Assembly: GCF_041573655.1 (NCBI RefSeq)
Contig: NZ_JBFFQD010000002.1
Coordinates: forward strand, 28,062-92,061
Direction of reading: 5' to 3'
DNA length: 64,000 bases
From: Methyloceanibacter sp.
Lineage (GTDB): Bacteria > Pseudomonadota > Alphaproteobacteria > Rhizobiales > Methyloligellaceae
The notes below the pieces were generated by a model. The model was not told the origin of the DNA and searched no databases. It worked only from the letters and a program-made list of their open reading frames with translations. Position numbers and translations under genes: made by a program. Below, in pieces: positions 27,153 through 35,590 of this stretch. Every line of letters begins with the position of its first letter. Within the stretch, counting starts at the first letter, position 1.

Positions 27153-27182
27153 AAAAAAACTCCCCGCTGGAGGGCGGGGAGT
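27153..27182 (-). terminator. Rho-independent terminator on the - strand, about 45 nt upstream of the vanX-like start and 236 nt downstream of the FliO-like stop
   Basis: - strand ACTCCCCGC-CCTCCA-GCGGGGAGT is followed by TTTTTTT. The loop is CCTCCA. Confidence 0.65.
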
Positions 27183-27418
27183 GGAAGTGTTTGGGGGACT
27201 GACATGACTGGCAGGGCCAGTCGGTGTCGGACCATTAGCAGGGAACTGCCGGCGCTCTTACGATAAGGACGGTTGGCTCTACCGGCGTCGCTCCAGCCGC
27301 CTGCCCATCAGGGCTACCGTAAGATCGTTCCTATTATTTACCGCAATCGACGCCCTATCTCAAGCAAAACCGCCTGTGACATTTCCGCAACAGTCAACCG
27401 GAATCGCACTAAATTCTT

Positions 27419-27781
27419 CTAGGACTTGGGATATTCCGGCCTGCCGGGGGTCTCGGTCTTGGCGATAATGACGTCGTCATGGGGCGGACCCAGAGGCTGG
27501 GGCTGCGGCTGCGGGCGCCATCTGATTCCCGTCTCCACCACGACATCCACCGGACCGCCGATCATGACGAGATGCTCGACGTCGTCGCGGCGTAAGAGAT
27601 AGAGCGTACGCTTGGAGTCGACCTCGGCCGTCTCGACGACGGTGAGGCGCTTTTCAGGCGCCCGGCGTGTCGAACCGCCCGACTTGCCGAAGAATGTCTT
27701 GAACGCCCAAACAAGAAGGGCGATGAGCGCGACGGCAAAGAGAAGCGTTGCGACGCCGAGAATGAGGGTGTTGATCTCCAT
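27419..27781 (-). CDS. FliO-like single-pass membrane protein
   Basis: N-terminal TM LILGVATLLFAVALIALLVWAF, then the pattern RLTVVETAEVDSKRTLYLLRRDDVEHLVMIGGP, matching the FliO-family core by eye. It is not in a flagellar operon. Confidence 0.45.
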   Translation of the reverse strand: MEINTLILGVATLLFAVALIALLVWAFKTFFGKSGGSTRRAPEKRLTVVETAEVDSKRTLYLLRRDDVEHLVMIGGPVDVVVETGIRWRPQPQPQPLGPPHDDVIIAKTETPGRPEYPKS

Positions 27782-27808
27782 GATGGATGGTCCCTACCCA
27801 GGCAGAGC

Positions 27809-27823
27809 TTAACAGTTCTTTAG
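27809..27823. promoter_or_regulatory. Near-consensus CtrA-type box TTAA-N7-TTAG in the fliO-like / cckA-like divergent promoter
   Basis: The sequence is ttaacagttctttag, with one mismatch to TTAA-N7-TTAA. Confidence 0.2.
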
Positions 27824-27897
27824 CCGAGAGGCTCCCCCCTTGAAACGAGGCCCCGGAAACGGGGCTGAACCCGGACTAACCTTGCGGTCATCCGTCC

Positions 27898-30492
27898 ATG
27901 ACAATCTCCGGCCAAGACAAGTCGAATCGGGTATTTTCCCAAGCCATGACGGATATTAACGCGCCAATGCGCTACGCCGAGCCCGTTGCTGACCAGACCG
28001 AGCGCGACGGGAGCATTAGCCTGGTCGTACTCCTCGCGGTCGCGCTTGCGGTAGCCGCCGTGGGGCTGGCCATGGTGAGCCGGGAGATGGCCGAGCCGTT
28101 CGTGCTGGCGATCCTCGCCGGCCTTGCGGTTGTCGGCGTGTTCTGCCTGTTCGCGGGCGCGGTCGGCATTTTGTATTTCGGCCAGCGCCACGCGCGGAAC
28201 GACCTGACCAAGGCTTTCGTCGACAACCTGCCGCAAGGCGCGCTGATCGCCGACGCGACAGGGCGGGTGCTTTACGCCAACCGGGCCTATCGCGACCTTC
28301 TGGGGCTCGACGGCGAGGCAAGCGTCTTGGCGCCGGACCGAGCCTTCGGTGGCAACCCGCATTTGGCCGAGCCGATTTTCCGCCTGGCCCGTGCGGCTCA
28401 ACAAGGACGCCGCCTGAAGGAAGAGTTCCGCCTGCCGCCGCCGGGCGAAGTTCAAGACGAGGGCGGTATCACCCCGCGCTGGTTCCGCATCTCGGTGCAG
28501 CCAATGCCGCCAGATCCGAAGGCAGGCCGCAAAGGGGCGCTCGTTGTCTGGCAGGTAGACGAGATCACCCAAGACCGCGCCCGCGAGGAAACCAGCTTCG
28601 CCAAAGTGCAAGCGGCCATCGACTATCTCGACAACGCCCCGGCCGGGTTCTTCATTGCCGACGCGGACGGCCATATCGACTATCTGAACGCCACCTTGTC
28701 GCAATGGCTCGGCCTTGATCTGTCCGAGGTTTCCAACCGCCAGATCAAGCTCACGCAGATCATGTCCGAGGACAGCGCCGCGCTGATCGCCGGCGCCAGC
28801 CGCGGCGACACGCAAGGCGGCACCCGCCATTTCGATATCGACCTGCTCAAAGCCAACGGCACATCGCTGCCGGTGCGCCTTCTCTTACGCCTGCCGCGCG
28901 GCAGCGAACTGGCGCATGTGCTGATCCTCAATCGCGGGCCCGGTGAAGTGGAGGAGGCCGGCGCCGGCGAGCTCAGATTTGCGCGGCTGTTCCATTCCTC
29001 GCCCATTGCGATTGCAACGGTGGATACGACAGGCACGGTGAGCGCGACAAACGCGGCCTTCGTGCGCATGTTTGGCGCCGAGACCGGCGATGGCGAGACG
29101 AGCCTGGAGAGCTTTCTCGATCCGTCCAACCACGCCGATCTTCGAAAAGCTCTTGAATCCGCAATTGCCGGCCAGGTTTTGACCGAGCCCATGGATGTGA
29201 CACTCGCCGGGCCCGGCGAGCGGAGCGGCCAGCTCTTTCTCAGTCCGATCGAGCATGCCGAAGGCGAAAGCGATGCTGCCATTGCGTATGTCATCGACGC
29301 CACCGAGCAACGCGCGCTCGAGATGCAGATCGCTCAAAGCCAGAAGATGCAGGCCGTAGGGCAACTCGCCGGCGGCATCGCACACGACTTCAACAACATG
29401 CTGACGGCGATCATCGGCTTCTCCGATTTCTTGCTGCTGAACCACAGGCCAACCGACCCTGCCTTCCAAGACATCATGAACATCAAGCAGAACGCCAACC
29501 GGGCCGCCGGCTTGGTGCGTCAGCTGCTTGCGTTCTCACGGCAGCAGACCTTGCGTCCGCAAGTGCTGCAGCTCGGCGATACAATTCCCGACCTTTCCAT
29601 TCTGCTCGGCCGGCTGCTCGGTGAAAACATCAAATTGACGCTCGATCAGGCGAGCGATCTGTGGCCCGTCAAGGTGGACGTTCATCAGTTCGAGCAGGTC
29701 ATCATCAACCTCGCCGTGAACGCGCGCGACGCCATGCCGGACGGCGGCAAGCTGTCGATCCGCACCGCCAATGTGAGCGAGCCTCAATCTCGCGAGCTTA
29801 GCCTGAGCCACATGCCGCCCGGCGAGTACGTGATGATCGAGGTGCGCGACACCGGCACGGGGATGAGCGAGGAGGTCAAGCAGAAGATCTTCGAGCCCTT
29901 CTTCTCCACCAAGGAGATTGGCCGCGGAACGGGGCTCGGCCTCTCCACCGTCTACGGCATCATCAAGCAGACCGGCGGTTACATCTTTGCTGACAGCGAG
30001 GAAGGTGACGGCACCGCGATGCGGGTCTACCTGCCGCGCCATGTGAAAGGCGCCGCGGAGATCGACCAGGAGCCGGCCAAGCTCGACCACAAGCCCGAGC
30101 CCGAGAAGCCGAAGGATCTGACGGGCCGCGGCACGGTGCTGTTGGTCGAGGACGAGGACGCGGTGAGAAGTTTCGCCGCCCGGGCGCTGGGCACGCGCGG
30201 CTATCGCGTACTCGAGGCCTCAACCGGCGCGGAGGCGCTGGAGGTCTTCGAGGAGCATCACGGCGAGGTCGATCTGGTGGTGAGCGACGTGGTGATGCCC
30301 GAGATGGACGGTCCCACCTTGATGAAGGAGCTGCGGGAGCAGAACCGGGACCTCAAGATCATCTTCATCTCCGGATACGCGGAGGACGCTTTCCGGCGAA
30401 ATCTGGACGAGAAAGAAGACTTTATGTTCCTGCAGAAGCCCTTCGATCTGAAGGAGCTCGCCGCCACGGTCAAGGCCGCGCTTCAGGACTAA
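27898..30492 (+). CDS. cckA: Hybrid sensor histidine kinase / response regulator, CckA-like
   Basis: 864 aa with two N-terminal TM helices and PAS-like regions. It has the H-box LAGGIAHDFNNMLTAIIG, an HATPase domain (GTGLGLSTVYGII) and a C-terminal receiver (LLVEDEDAVR..VVSDVVMPEMDG..K). This architecture and H-box are typical of alphaproteobacterial CckA. Confidence 0.6.
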   Translation: MTISGQDKSNRVFSQAMTDINAPMRYAEPVADQTERDGSISLVVLLAVALAVAAVGLAMVSREMAEPFVLAILAGLAVVGVFCLFAGAVGILYFGQRHARNDLTKAFVDNLPQGALIADATGRVLYANRAYRDLLGLDGEASVLAPDRAFGGNPHLAEPIFRLARAAQQGRRLKEEFRLPPPGEVQDEGGITPRWFRISVQPMPPDPKAGRKGALVVWQVDEITQDRAREETSFAKVQAAIDYLDNAPAGFFIADADGHIDYLNATLSQWLGLDLSEVSNRQIKLTQIMSEDSAALIAGASRGDTQGGTRHFDIDLLKANGTSLPVRLLLRLPRGSELAHVLILNRGPGEVEEAGAGELRFARLFHSSPIAIATVDTTGTVSATNAAFVRMFGAETGDGETSLESFLDPSNHADLRKALESAIAGQVLTEPMDVTLAGPGERSGQLFLSPIEHAEGESDAAIAYVIDATEQRALEMQIAQSQKMQAVGQLAGGIAHDFNNMLTAIIGFSDFLLLNHRPTDPAFQDIMNIKQNANRAAGLVRQLLAFSRQQTLRPQVLQLGDTIPDLSILLGRLLGENIKLTLDQASDLWPVKVDVHQFEQVIINLAVNARDAMPDGGKLSIRTANVSEPQSRELSLSHMPPGEYVMIEVRDTGTGMSEEVKQKIFEPFFSTKEIGRGTGLGLSTVYGIIKQTGGYIFADSEEGDGTAMRVYLPRHVKGAAEIDQEPAKLDHKPEPEKPKDLTGRGTVLLVEDEDAVRSFAARALGTRGYRVLEASTGAEALEVFEEHHGEVDLVVSDVVMPEMDGPTLMKELREQNRDLKIIFISGYAEDAFRRNLDEKEDFMFLQKPFDLKELAATVKAALQD

Positions 30493-30611
30493 ACCTCCCA
30501 TAGATGCCAAGGTTGCGTCTCTTTAGGGACTTCCCTTGCGTGCCGATCGCGTCTAAGCGAGACGCGAGATTTCCACCCACCGGAGACCCACGCGTGCCCG
30601 ATTACGAGGTC

Positions 30612-31847
30612 ATGGCGCCCGCCGAGGACGGCAACAAGCGCCGCAAACGGCATAAGAAGAAAAAGCTGGGGCTTACCGTCGAGCGCTATGGCGGCCGGCT
30701 GGTCTATGTCTGGTTCGGCATGCGCTTCATGACGCTGATGCGGCTGTTCTGGCGCGGCCGGTTTTCCTTCACGCTGAACTGCATCCCGGACACGGCGGCG
30801 CTGTTCCTGTGGGTTCCGTGGAACACACCGCTCTTGTGGATCTCCGAGGCGCTGTACAAGCGGAAGGCCGAAAGCCTACCGCTCGATCAGCCCCCGGTCT
30901 TCGTCGTCGGCCATTGGCGCAGCGGCACCACGCTGATGCACGACCTCTTCTCCGAGGACCCGAACCTCGCTTACCCGACGACCTATGAGTGCTTCTTCCC
31001 GCACCATTTTCTGCTGACGGAAGGTACCCTCGATCCGCTCTTCAGTGTGCTTCTGCCCAAGCATCGGCCGCAAGACGACGTGCCGGTGGGTTTCGACCGC
31101 CCGCAAGAAGAAGAGTTCGCCATGCTCATGTTGGGCCAGGGCTCGCCCCTGAAGACGATGGCCTGGCCGCGGCGCGGCCCCGTCGACACCGACTATGTCG
31201 ATTTCAAGGGCTTGCCGGAGAAGGAGGTGAACCGCTGGGCCAAGGCTTATATGTGGTTCTACCGCCGGCTGATGCTGAAGCATAAAAAGCCTCTCGTGAT
31301 GAAGACGCCGCCCAACGCCGCGCGTCTTAAAGTGCTGACCAAGCTGTTCCCGGATGCGCGCTGGGTGTTCATCGCGCGCAATCCGCTCAAAGTGTTTCCG
31401 TCCACGATCAAGCTGTGGCGCGCACTCTATTCGGCGCAAGGCCTGCACAATCCGCCTTACATCGATGGCTGGCTCGACGACTATGTGCTCGATGTCTACG
31501 AGCGTTTTACCACAGCCTATGAGCGCGACCGGCATCTGGTCCCGGAAGAGAACCTGGTCGAAATCCGCTACGAGGATTTCGTCAAGGACCCGCTCGAGTC
31601 GATGCGAGACCTCTACGCGCAGCTTCGCATCGGCGAGTTCGATGAAGCGGAAGGGCGCATGCGCGCCTTCCTCGACGACCGCTCCGACCACAAAGTGTCT
31701 TCTTATAAGATGCCGAAAGCGCTCACCAAGCGTATCGCGGACCGCCTGAAGCCGTTCATCGACCGTTTCGGCTATAGCGAGGCGGTGGATGCGGCGCTTG
31801 CCGAGCCCCATACGGACAAACGTGCTCCGCAGAAGGCGGCGTCTTAG
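30612..31847 (+). CDS. Sulfotransferase family protein
   Basis: PAPS 5'-phosphosulfate loop VVGHWRSGTTLMHDL and 3'-phosphate motif ARNPLKVFPS. The N-terminus is basic. The start is uncertain (30504, 30594 or 30612). Confidence 0.7.
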   Translation: MAPAEDGNKRRKRHKKKKLGLTVERYGGRLVYVWFGMRFMTLMRLFWRGRFSFTLNCIPDTAALFLWVPWNTPLLWISEALYKRKAESLPLDQPPVFVVGHWRSGTTLMHDLFSEDPNLAYPTTYECFFPHHFLLTEGTLDPLFSVLLPKHRPQDDVPVGFDRPQEEEFAMLMLGQGSPLKTMAWPRRGPVDTDYVDFKGLPEKEVNRWAKAYMWFYRRLMLKHKKPLVMKTPPNAARLKVLTKLFPDARWVFIARNPLKVFPSTIKLWRALYSAQGLHNPPYIDGWLDDYVLDVYERFTTAYERDRHLVPEENLVEIRYEDFVKDPLESMRDLYAQLRIGEFDEAEGRMRAFLDDRSDHKVSSYKMPKALTKRIADRLKPFIDRFGYSEAVDAALAEPHTDKRAPQKAAS

Positions 31848-31868
31848 CTCTCAACAAGGGAGCCGGTA

Positions 31869-32573
31869 ATGAAAGATCATCAAGCGCACGAACGCCTCAT
31901 TGCCGGCGTCGCCTTCGACATTCCCGGCATGGGATACAAGAACCTCAAGACCCACAAGATCGAAGGCTTCGAGCCGGGCGTCGCAAGAGCCATTGCCGAT
32001 ATCTTGCTCGGCGCGGATGGCACGCTCGACTTCACCCAAGTCACCAACGAAGAGCGGATTCCGGCGGTTCTGTTAGGGCGCGCCGACATGGTGTTGTCCC
32101 AGCTCACCATCACGCCCGACCGGCTGGAACAGGTTGACTTCTCTGTTCCCTATTACGTGACGCGCGAGGGCATTCTCGTTCGAAAAGACAGCCCCATCCG
32201 CAGCCTTGACGACCTGCGCGGCAAGCGCATCGCCGTGACGGAATCCTCCATCTCCATACGCCGCATGCGCGAGGCCTTTCCAGGTGCGCCGCTCGCGGTG
32301 ACCAAGCTGAACGCCGGCACGCTGAACGCCGTGGAAGAGGGCAACGCGGACGCCGCCTCCAACGACCTCGTAAACTTAAAGCTAATGCGCAAACACGCCG
32401 CGCATCCGGACCAATTGGAGGTGATCGATATCGGCGGTCATTTTCCCGACAAGCTCTATGGCGTCGCGGTGAAGAAGGGCCGGCCGGACTTCCTCGCCGC
32501 GCTCAACGCGGCCATCGAGCGCCTGAAGAGCGACGGCGAGATCGACCGCCTGCTGCGCACGAATATCGGTTGA
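31869..32573 (+). CDS. Periplasmic-binding-protein family 3 (amino-acid SBP fold) protein lacking a signal peptide
   Basis: GGGAG Shine-Dalgarno plus ATG. An in-frame TAG 24 nt upstream rules out a longer N-terminus. SBP_bac_3-like blocks are present (GRADMVLSQLTITPDRLEQVDFSVPYY, LRGKRIAVTESS). Confidence 0.7.
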   Translation: MKDHQAHERLIAGVAFDIPGMGYKNLKTHKIEGFEPGVARAIADILLGADGTLDFTQVTNEERIPAVLLGRADMVLSQLTITPDRLEQVDFSVPYYVTREGILVRKDSPIRSLDDLRGKRIAVTESSISIRRMREAFPGAPLAVTKLNAGTLNAVEEGNADAASNDLVNLKLMRKHAAHPDQLEVIDIGGHFPDKLYGVAVKKGRPDFLAALNAAIERLKSDGEIDRLLRTNIG

Positions 32574-32600
32574 GAATTTCGGCAAGTTGTCCGACTTCGC

Positions 32601-33680
32601 CTAGTCGTCTTCTGCGTCTCGCGCGGCGGTCGTGCGCGCGGAGATATCCCACACGGCGAGGAACATCGCAGCGATCAGCGGGCCGACGACGAAGCCGTTG
32701 AGCCCGAAGATCGCGATGCCGCCGAGCGTCGAGATCAACACGACATAGTCGGGTAGCGCGGTGTCCTTGCCCACGAGGTAAGGCCTGAGGACGTTGTCCA
32801 CGAGCCCGATGACGCCCGCGCCAAAGGCCATCAGCGCGATGCCTTTCAGCAGCGCGCCGGTCGCCAGCAGATAGACCGCTACGGGGAACCAGACGATCGA
32901 GGCGCCGACGGCCGGCAGCAAAGACAGAAAGGCCATGACCACGCCCCACAGGACGGGCGCGTGAATGCCAAGCACCCAAAAGATGAAGCCGCCGAGAAAG
33001 CCCTGCACGATGGCCACCAGGATCGTGCCCTTGATCATGGCGCGGACCACAACGGCGAACTTCTCGAACAGCGCGCTTTTGTGTTCCTCCGCCAAGGGCA
33101 CGACGTCCATTATTTTTTGCGCCACCGCCCCGCCGTCGCGCAGCAGGAAGAACAGCAGATAGAGCATGATGGTGACGCTGAGCAGGACGTTGGCCGTGCC
33201 CTGGCCCACGAGCACGGCCTGGGTGGCGAAGAACTGACTGCCTTCTTTGAGAAGCGCGATCAGCCGCTGCTCGATATCGTTGACATCGCTGACGCCGAGC
33301 TGGGCGAGCATGTTCGACGCCCAGCCGGGCAACGCATCGAGAAAGCGCTGCAGGAAGCGGCCGAGATTGAGCTCTCCCGACTGAAGCCGGTCGTAGAGCG
33401 ATGTCGCCTCGCTCACGATCGAGGCGCCGGTGAACGCCAAGGGGATCAGCACGATGCCAACGATGATCAGAAGCGTGAGCAGCGCCGCGAGGTTCCGGCG
33501 TCCCGGGAGTATCGCGCCCAGCCAGCGCTGCACCGGCGCGAACACGAGGGCCAGGATCACGGCCCACAGGATCGCCCCGTAGAACGGCAACAGAATCCAG
33601 CCGAACGCCAACGACACCGCGACGAGCAGAACCAGAAAGGCTTTGTCTTGGAACGCGCTGCCGCGCGTCGGCTCGCTCAT
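32601..33680 (-). CDS. AI-2E family transporter (PerM / UPF0118)
   Basis: Internal ATG at 33680. It has about 8 TM segments with family-typical blocks (LPFYGAILWAVILALVF, LLSLLPAVGASIVWFPVA). Confidence 0.8.
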   Translation of the reverse strand: MSEPTRGSAFQDKAFLVLLVAVSLAFGWILLPFYGAILWAVILALVFAPVQRWLGAILPGRRNLAALLTLLIIVGIVLIPLAFTGASIVSEATSLYDRLQSGELNLGRFLQRFLDALPGWASNMLAQLGVSDVNDIEQRLIALLKEGSQFFATQAVLVGQGTANVLLSVTIMLYLLFFLLRDGGAVAQKIMDVVPLAEEHKSALFEKFAVVVRAMIKGTILVAIVQGFLGGFIFWVLGIHAPVLWGVVMAFLSLLPAVGASIVWFPVAVYLLATGALLKGIALMAFGAGVIGLVDNVLRPYLVGKDTALPDYVVLISTLGGIAIFGLNGFVVGPLIAAMFLAVWDISARTTAARDAEDD

Positions 33681-33864
33681 ATTGACCAGAATCGCTCCCT
33701 CAAGGCCCCGATCATAGCGGCGGCGTCTCGAACGTCGCCTTGAAAGTTTGGCCGGTGAGGAGAAACGCAGCAGGGGCCAGGGGCGCGGTTTTGCGCTATG
33801 TTTTCCCCTTGGCGTCCCCGCGTTCCAGGGGGAGGGCGGTAGGGCGCCTTTCAGGGAGGGAACA

Positions 33865-34095
33865 ATGCGGAAAATTGCTGTTTTGCTGACGGCCGCCTTT
33901 GCCCTGCTGCTGGTGACCACGCTCGGTTTCCAGGCCGACGCCACGATCGGATCGGGTACGCAAGGGCTTCCCATCGCAGCCAAGACCTTCTCGCCGCTGG
34001 ACCGGGTCTCCTGCCGGACCAGGGGGCCGATGTGTCCGCTGGGCTATACGCGGCTCTGCCGGCCCTGGCGCTGCTGGTGTACGCCCTGCCGCTAG
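33865..34095 (+). CDS. Small exported Cys-rich protein (76 aa)
   Basis: GGGAGGG Shine-Dalgarno plus ATG. The signal peptide is MRKIAVLLTAAFALLLVTTLGFQADA. There are six Cys in the last 27 residues (CRTRGPMCPLGYTRLCRPWRCWCTPC). Third-position G+C is high and the gene has its own strong terminator. Confidence 0.65.
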   Translation: MRKIAVLLTAAFALLLVTTLGFQADATIGSGTQGLPIAAKTFSPLDRVSCRTRGPMCPLGYTRLCRPWRCWCTPCR

Positions 34096-34122
34096 GTTGA
34101 AAGGCTGGGTAGAAGGAATGCT

Positions 34123-34155
34123 GGCCGCCCCGTATCCGGGCGGCCTTTATTCTTT
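34123..34155 (+). terminator. Rho-independent terminator of the small Cys-rich protein gene
   Basis: GGCCGCCC-N7-GGGCGGCC followed by TTTATTCTTT. Confidence 0.7.
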
Positions 34156-34180
34156 GCGCGAAACTGCGCTTGCGGCGATG

Positions 34181-34195
34181 AGAACATATTGCGAA
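34181..34195. promoter_or_regulatory. Alphaproteobacterial LexA (SOS) box GAAC-N7-GAAC upstream of recA
   Basis: The sequence is GAACATATTGCGAAC, with a third GAAC at 34199-34202. It overlaps the -35 of the candidate recA promoter. Confidence 0.7.
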
Positions 34196-34216
34196 CAGAG
34201 AACAAAGCGTGTACAC
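34188..34216 (+). promoter_or_regulatory. Candidate recA promoter
   Basis: TTGCGA-N17-TACACT lies about 115 nt upstream of the recA ATG. Confidence 0.5.
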
Positions 34217-34332
34217 TGGTTAAATGCTCGACCGACCCAGTCGCCTGCGTCATTTGCGGTGTGGACGGGACCGGCGGGACCGAGGGCCACCATTTACGAG
34301 CCCCGTGGGGCTGTGAAATAAGGAGATGACCG

Positions 34333-35475
34333 ATGTCGAACGCCGCGTTGCGCCTTGTCGAAGCAGGAGGGGACATGGACAAAGAGAAGGCGCTGGAGGC
34401 TGCGATCTCCCAGATCGAGCGCTCGTGCGGCAAGGGGTCGATCATGCGGCTCGGCCAGAACGAGACCGTCGTGGAGACCGAGGCCATCCCCACCGGTTCG
34501 CTCGGCCTGGATATCGCGCTTGGTATTGGCGGCCTGCCGCGCGGCCGCGTCGTCGAGATTTACGGGCCTGAATCATCGGGCAAGACGACGCTGGCGCTGC
34601 ATGTGGTCGCCGAGGCCCAGAAGAAGGGCGGCGTGTGCGCCTTCGTCGATGCAGAGCATGCGCTCGACACCATCTATGCGCAAAAACTCGGCGTCGATCT
34701 GGAGAACGTACTGATCTCCCAGCCCGACACGGGCGAGCAGGCGTTGGAAATCGCCGACACGCTGGTGCGCTCCGGCGCCGTCGACGTGCTGGTGGTCGAT
34801 TCGGTTGCGGCCCTCACGCCGAAGGCCGAGCTCGAAGGCGAGATGGGCGATTTTCAGATGGGCGCCCAGGCGCGGTTGATGAGCCAGGCGCTGCGTAAGC
34901 TCACCGGCTCCATCGCCAAGTCCAAGTGCATGGTCATCTTCATCAATCAGATCCGCATGAAGATCGGCGTGATGTTCGGCTCACCCGAAACCACCAGTGG
35001 CGGCAACGCCTTGAAATTCTACGCCTCCGTCCGTCTCGACATAAGGCGCATCGGCGCCATCAAGGAGCGCGACGAGGTGGTTGGCAATCAGACCCGCGTC
35101 AAAGTGGTGAAGAACAAGGTCGCGCCGCCCTTCAAGCAGGTCGAGTTCGACATCATGTATGGCGAGGGCGTGTCCAAGATGGGCGAACTGATCGATCTCG
35201 GGGTCAAAGCCGGCATCGTCGAGAAGTCCGGCTCCTGGTTCTCCTACGATAGCGAGCGTATTGGCCAGGGCCGCGAGAACTCCAAGACGTTTCTCAAGGA
35301 GCATCCGGAGATGGCCACGAAAATCGAGCAGGCCATCCGCCAGAGCGCGGGACTCATCGGCGATCAGATGCTCGACGGCGAGATTGAGGCCGAGGCGGGC
35401 GATGACACGGCCGCTATTGCCGAGGAGAGCACCGTGACCGCCATTGCCGCGGGCGGCCGGAAGAAGAAAGCGTAA
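34333..35475 (+). CDS. recA: Recombinase RecA
   Basis: AGGAG Shine-Dalgarno. Walker A is [10 protein letters not shown], with L1/L2 loop regions. The N-terminus [35 protein letters not shown] is typical of rhizobial RecA. Confidence 0.97.
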   Translation: MSNAALRLVEAGGDMDKEKALEAAISQIERSCGKGSIMRLGQNETVVETEAIPTGSLGLDIALGIGGLPRGRVVEIYGPESSGKTTLALHVVAEAQKKGGVCAFVDAEHALDTIYAQKLGVDLENVLISQPDTGEQALEIADTLVRSGAVDVLVVDSVAALTPKAELEGEMGDFQMGAQARLMSQALRKLTGSIAKSKCMVIFINQIRMKIGVMFGSPETTSGGNALKFYASVRLDIRRIGAIKERDEVVGNQTRVKVVKNKVAPPFKQVEFDIMYGEGVSKMGELIDLGVKAGIVEKSGSWFSYDSERIGQGRENSKTFLKEHPEMATKIEQAIRQSAGLIGDQMLDGEIEAEAGDDTAAIAEESTVTAIAAGGRKKKA

Positions 35476-35553
35476 CACCCCCGCCAAAGGCCCCCCGCTG
35501 GGGGCCAGGCCGCTGTGGGCCGGACGAGGACAGGACAAGGGCAGGACGAAGGC

Positions 35554-35590
35554 AGGCGCCGCGACATCAGCGGCGCCTTTGCCATTCTTG
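35554..35590 (+). terminator. Probable recA terminator
   Basis: AGGCGCCGC-N7-GCGGCGCCT followed by TTGCCATTCTTG, an interrupted U tract. Confidence 0.5.

Noticed and set aside
27183-27418. Known riboswitch classes upstream of the dipeptidase-MFS operon
   Set aside because: The conserved cores of the TPP, cobalamin (B12 box), glycine, SAM-II, fluoride and guanidine riboswitches are not recognisable by eye. I kept the region as an unclassified structured RNA finding.
27820-28830. 336-aa - strand ORF
   Set aside because: It is antisense to the 5' part of the CckA-like kinase gene. The composition is low-complexity and Arg/Gly/Ala-rich, with no Shine-Dalgarno or motifs.
31845-31871. Stop-codon read-through or fusion of the sulfotransferase with the SBP-fold gene (both in the same frame, separated by TAG plus 7 codons)
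   Set aside because: Sharing a frame has a 1-in-3 chance expectation, and the downstream gene has its own GGGAG Shine-Dalgarno and ATG. There is no recoding signal I can identify.
32503-33567. 354-aa - strand ORF in an alternate frame of the AI-2E transporter gene
   Set aside because: It is an Arg/Gly/Ala-rich frame, while the PerM frame shows TM segments and family blocks.
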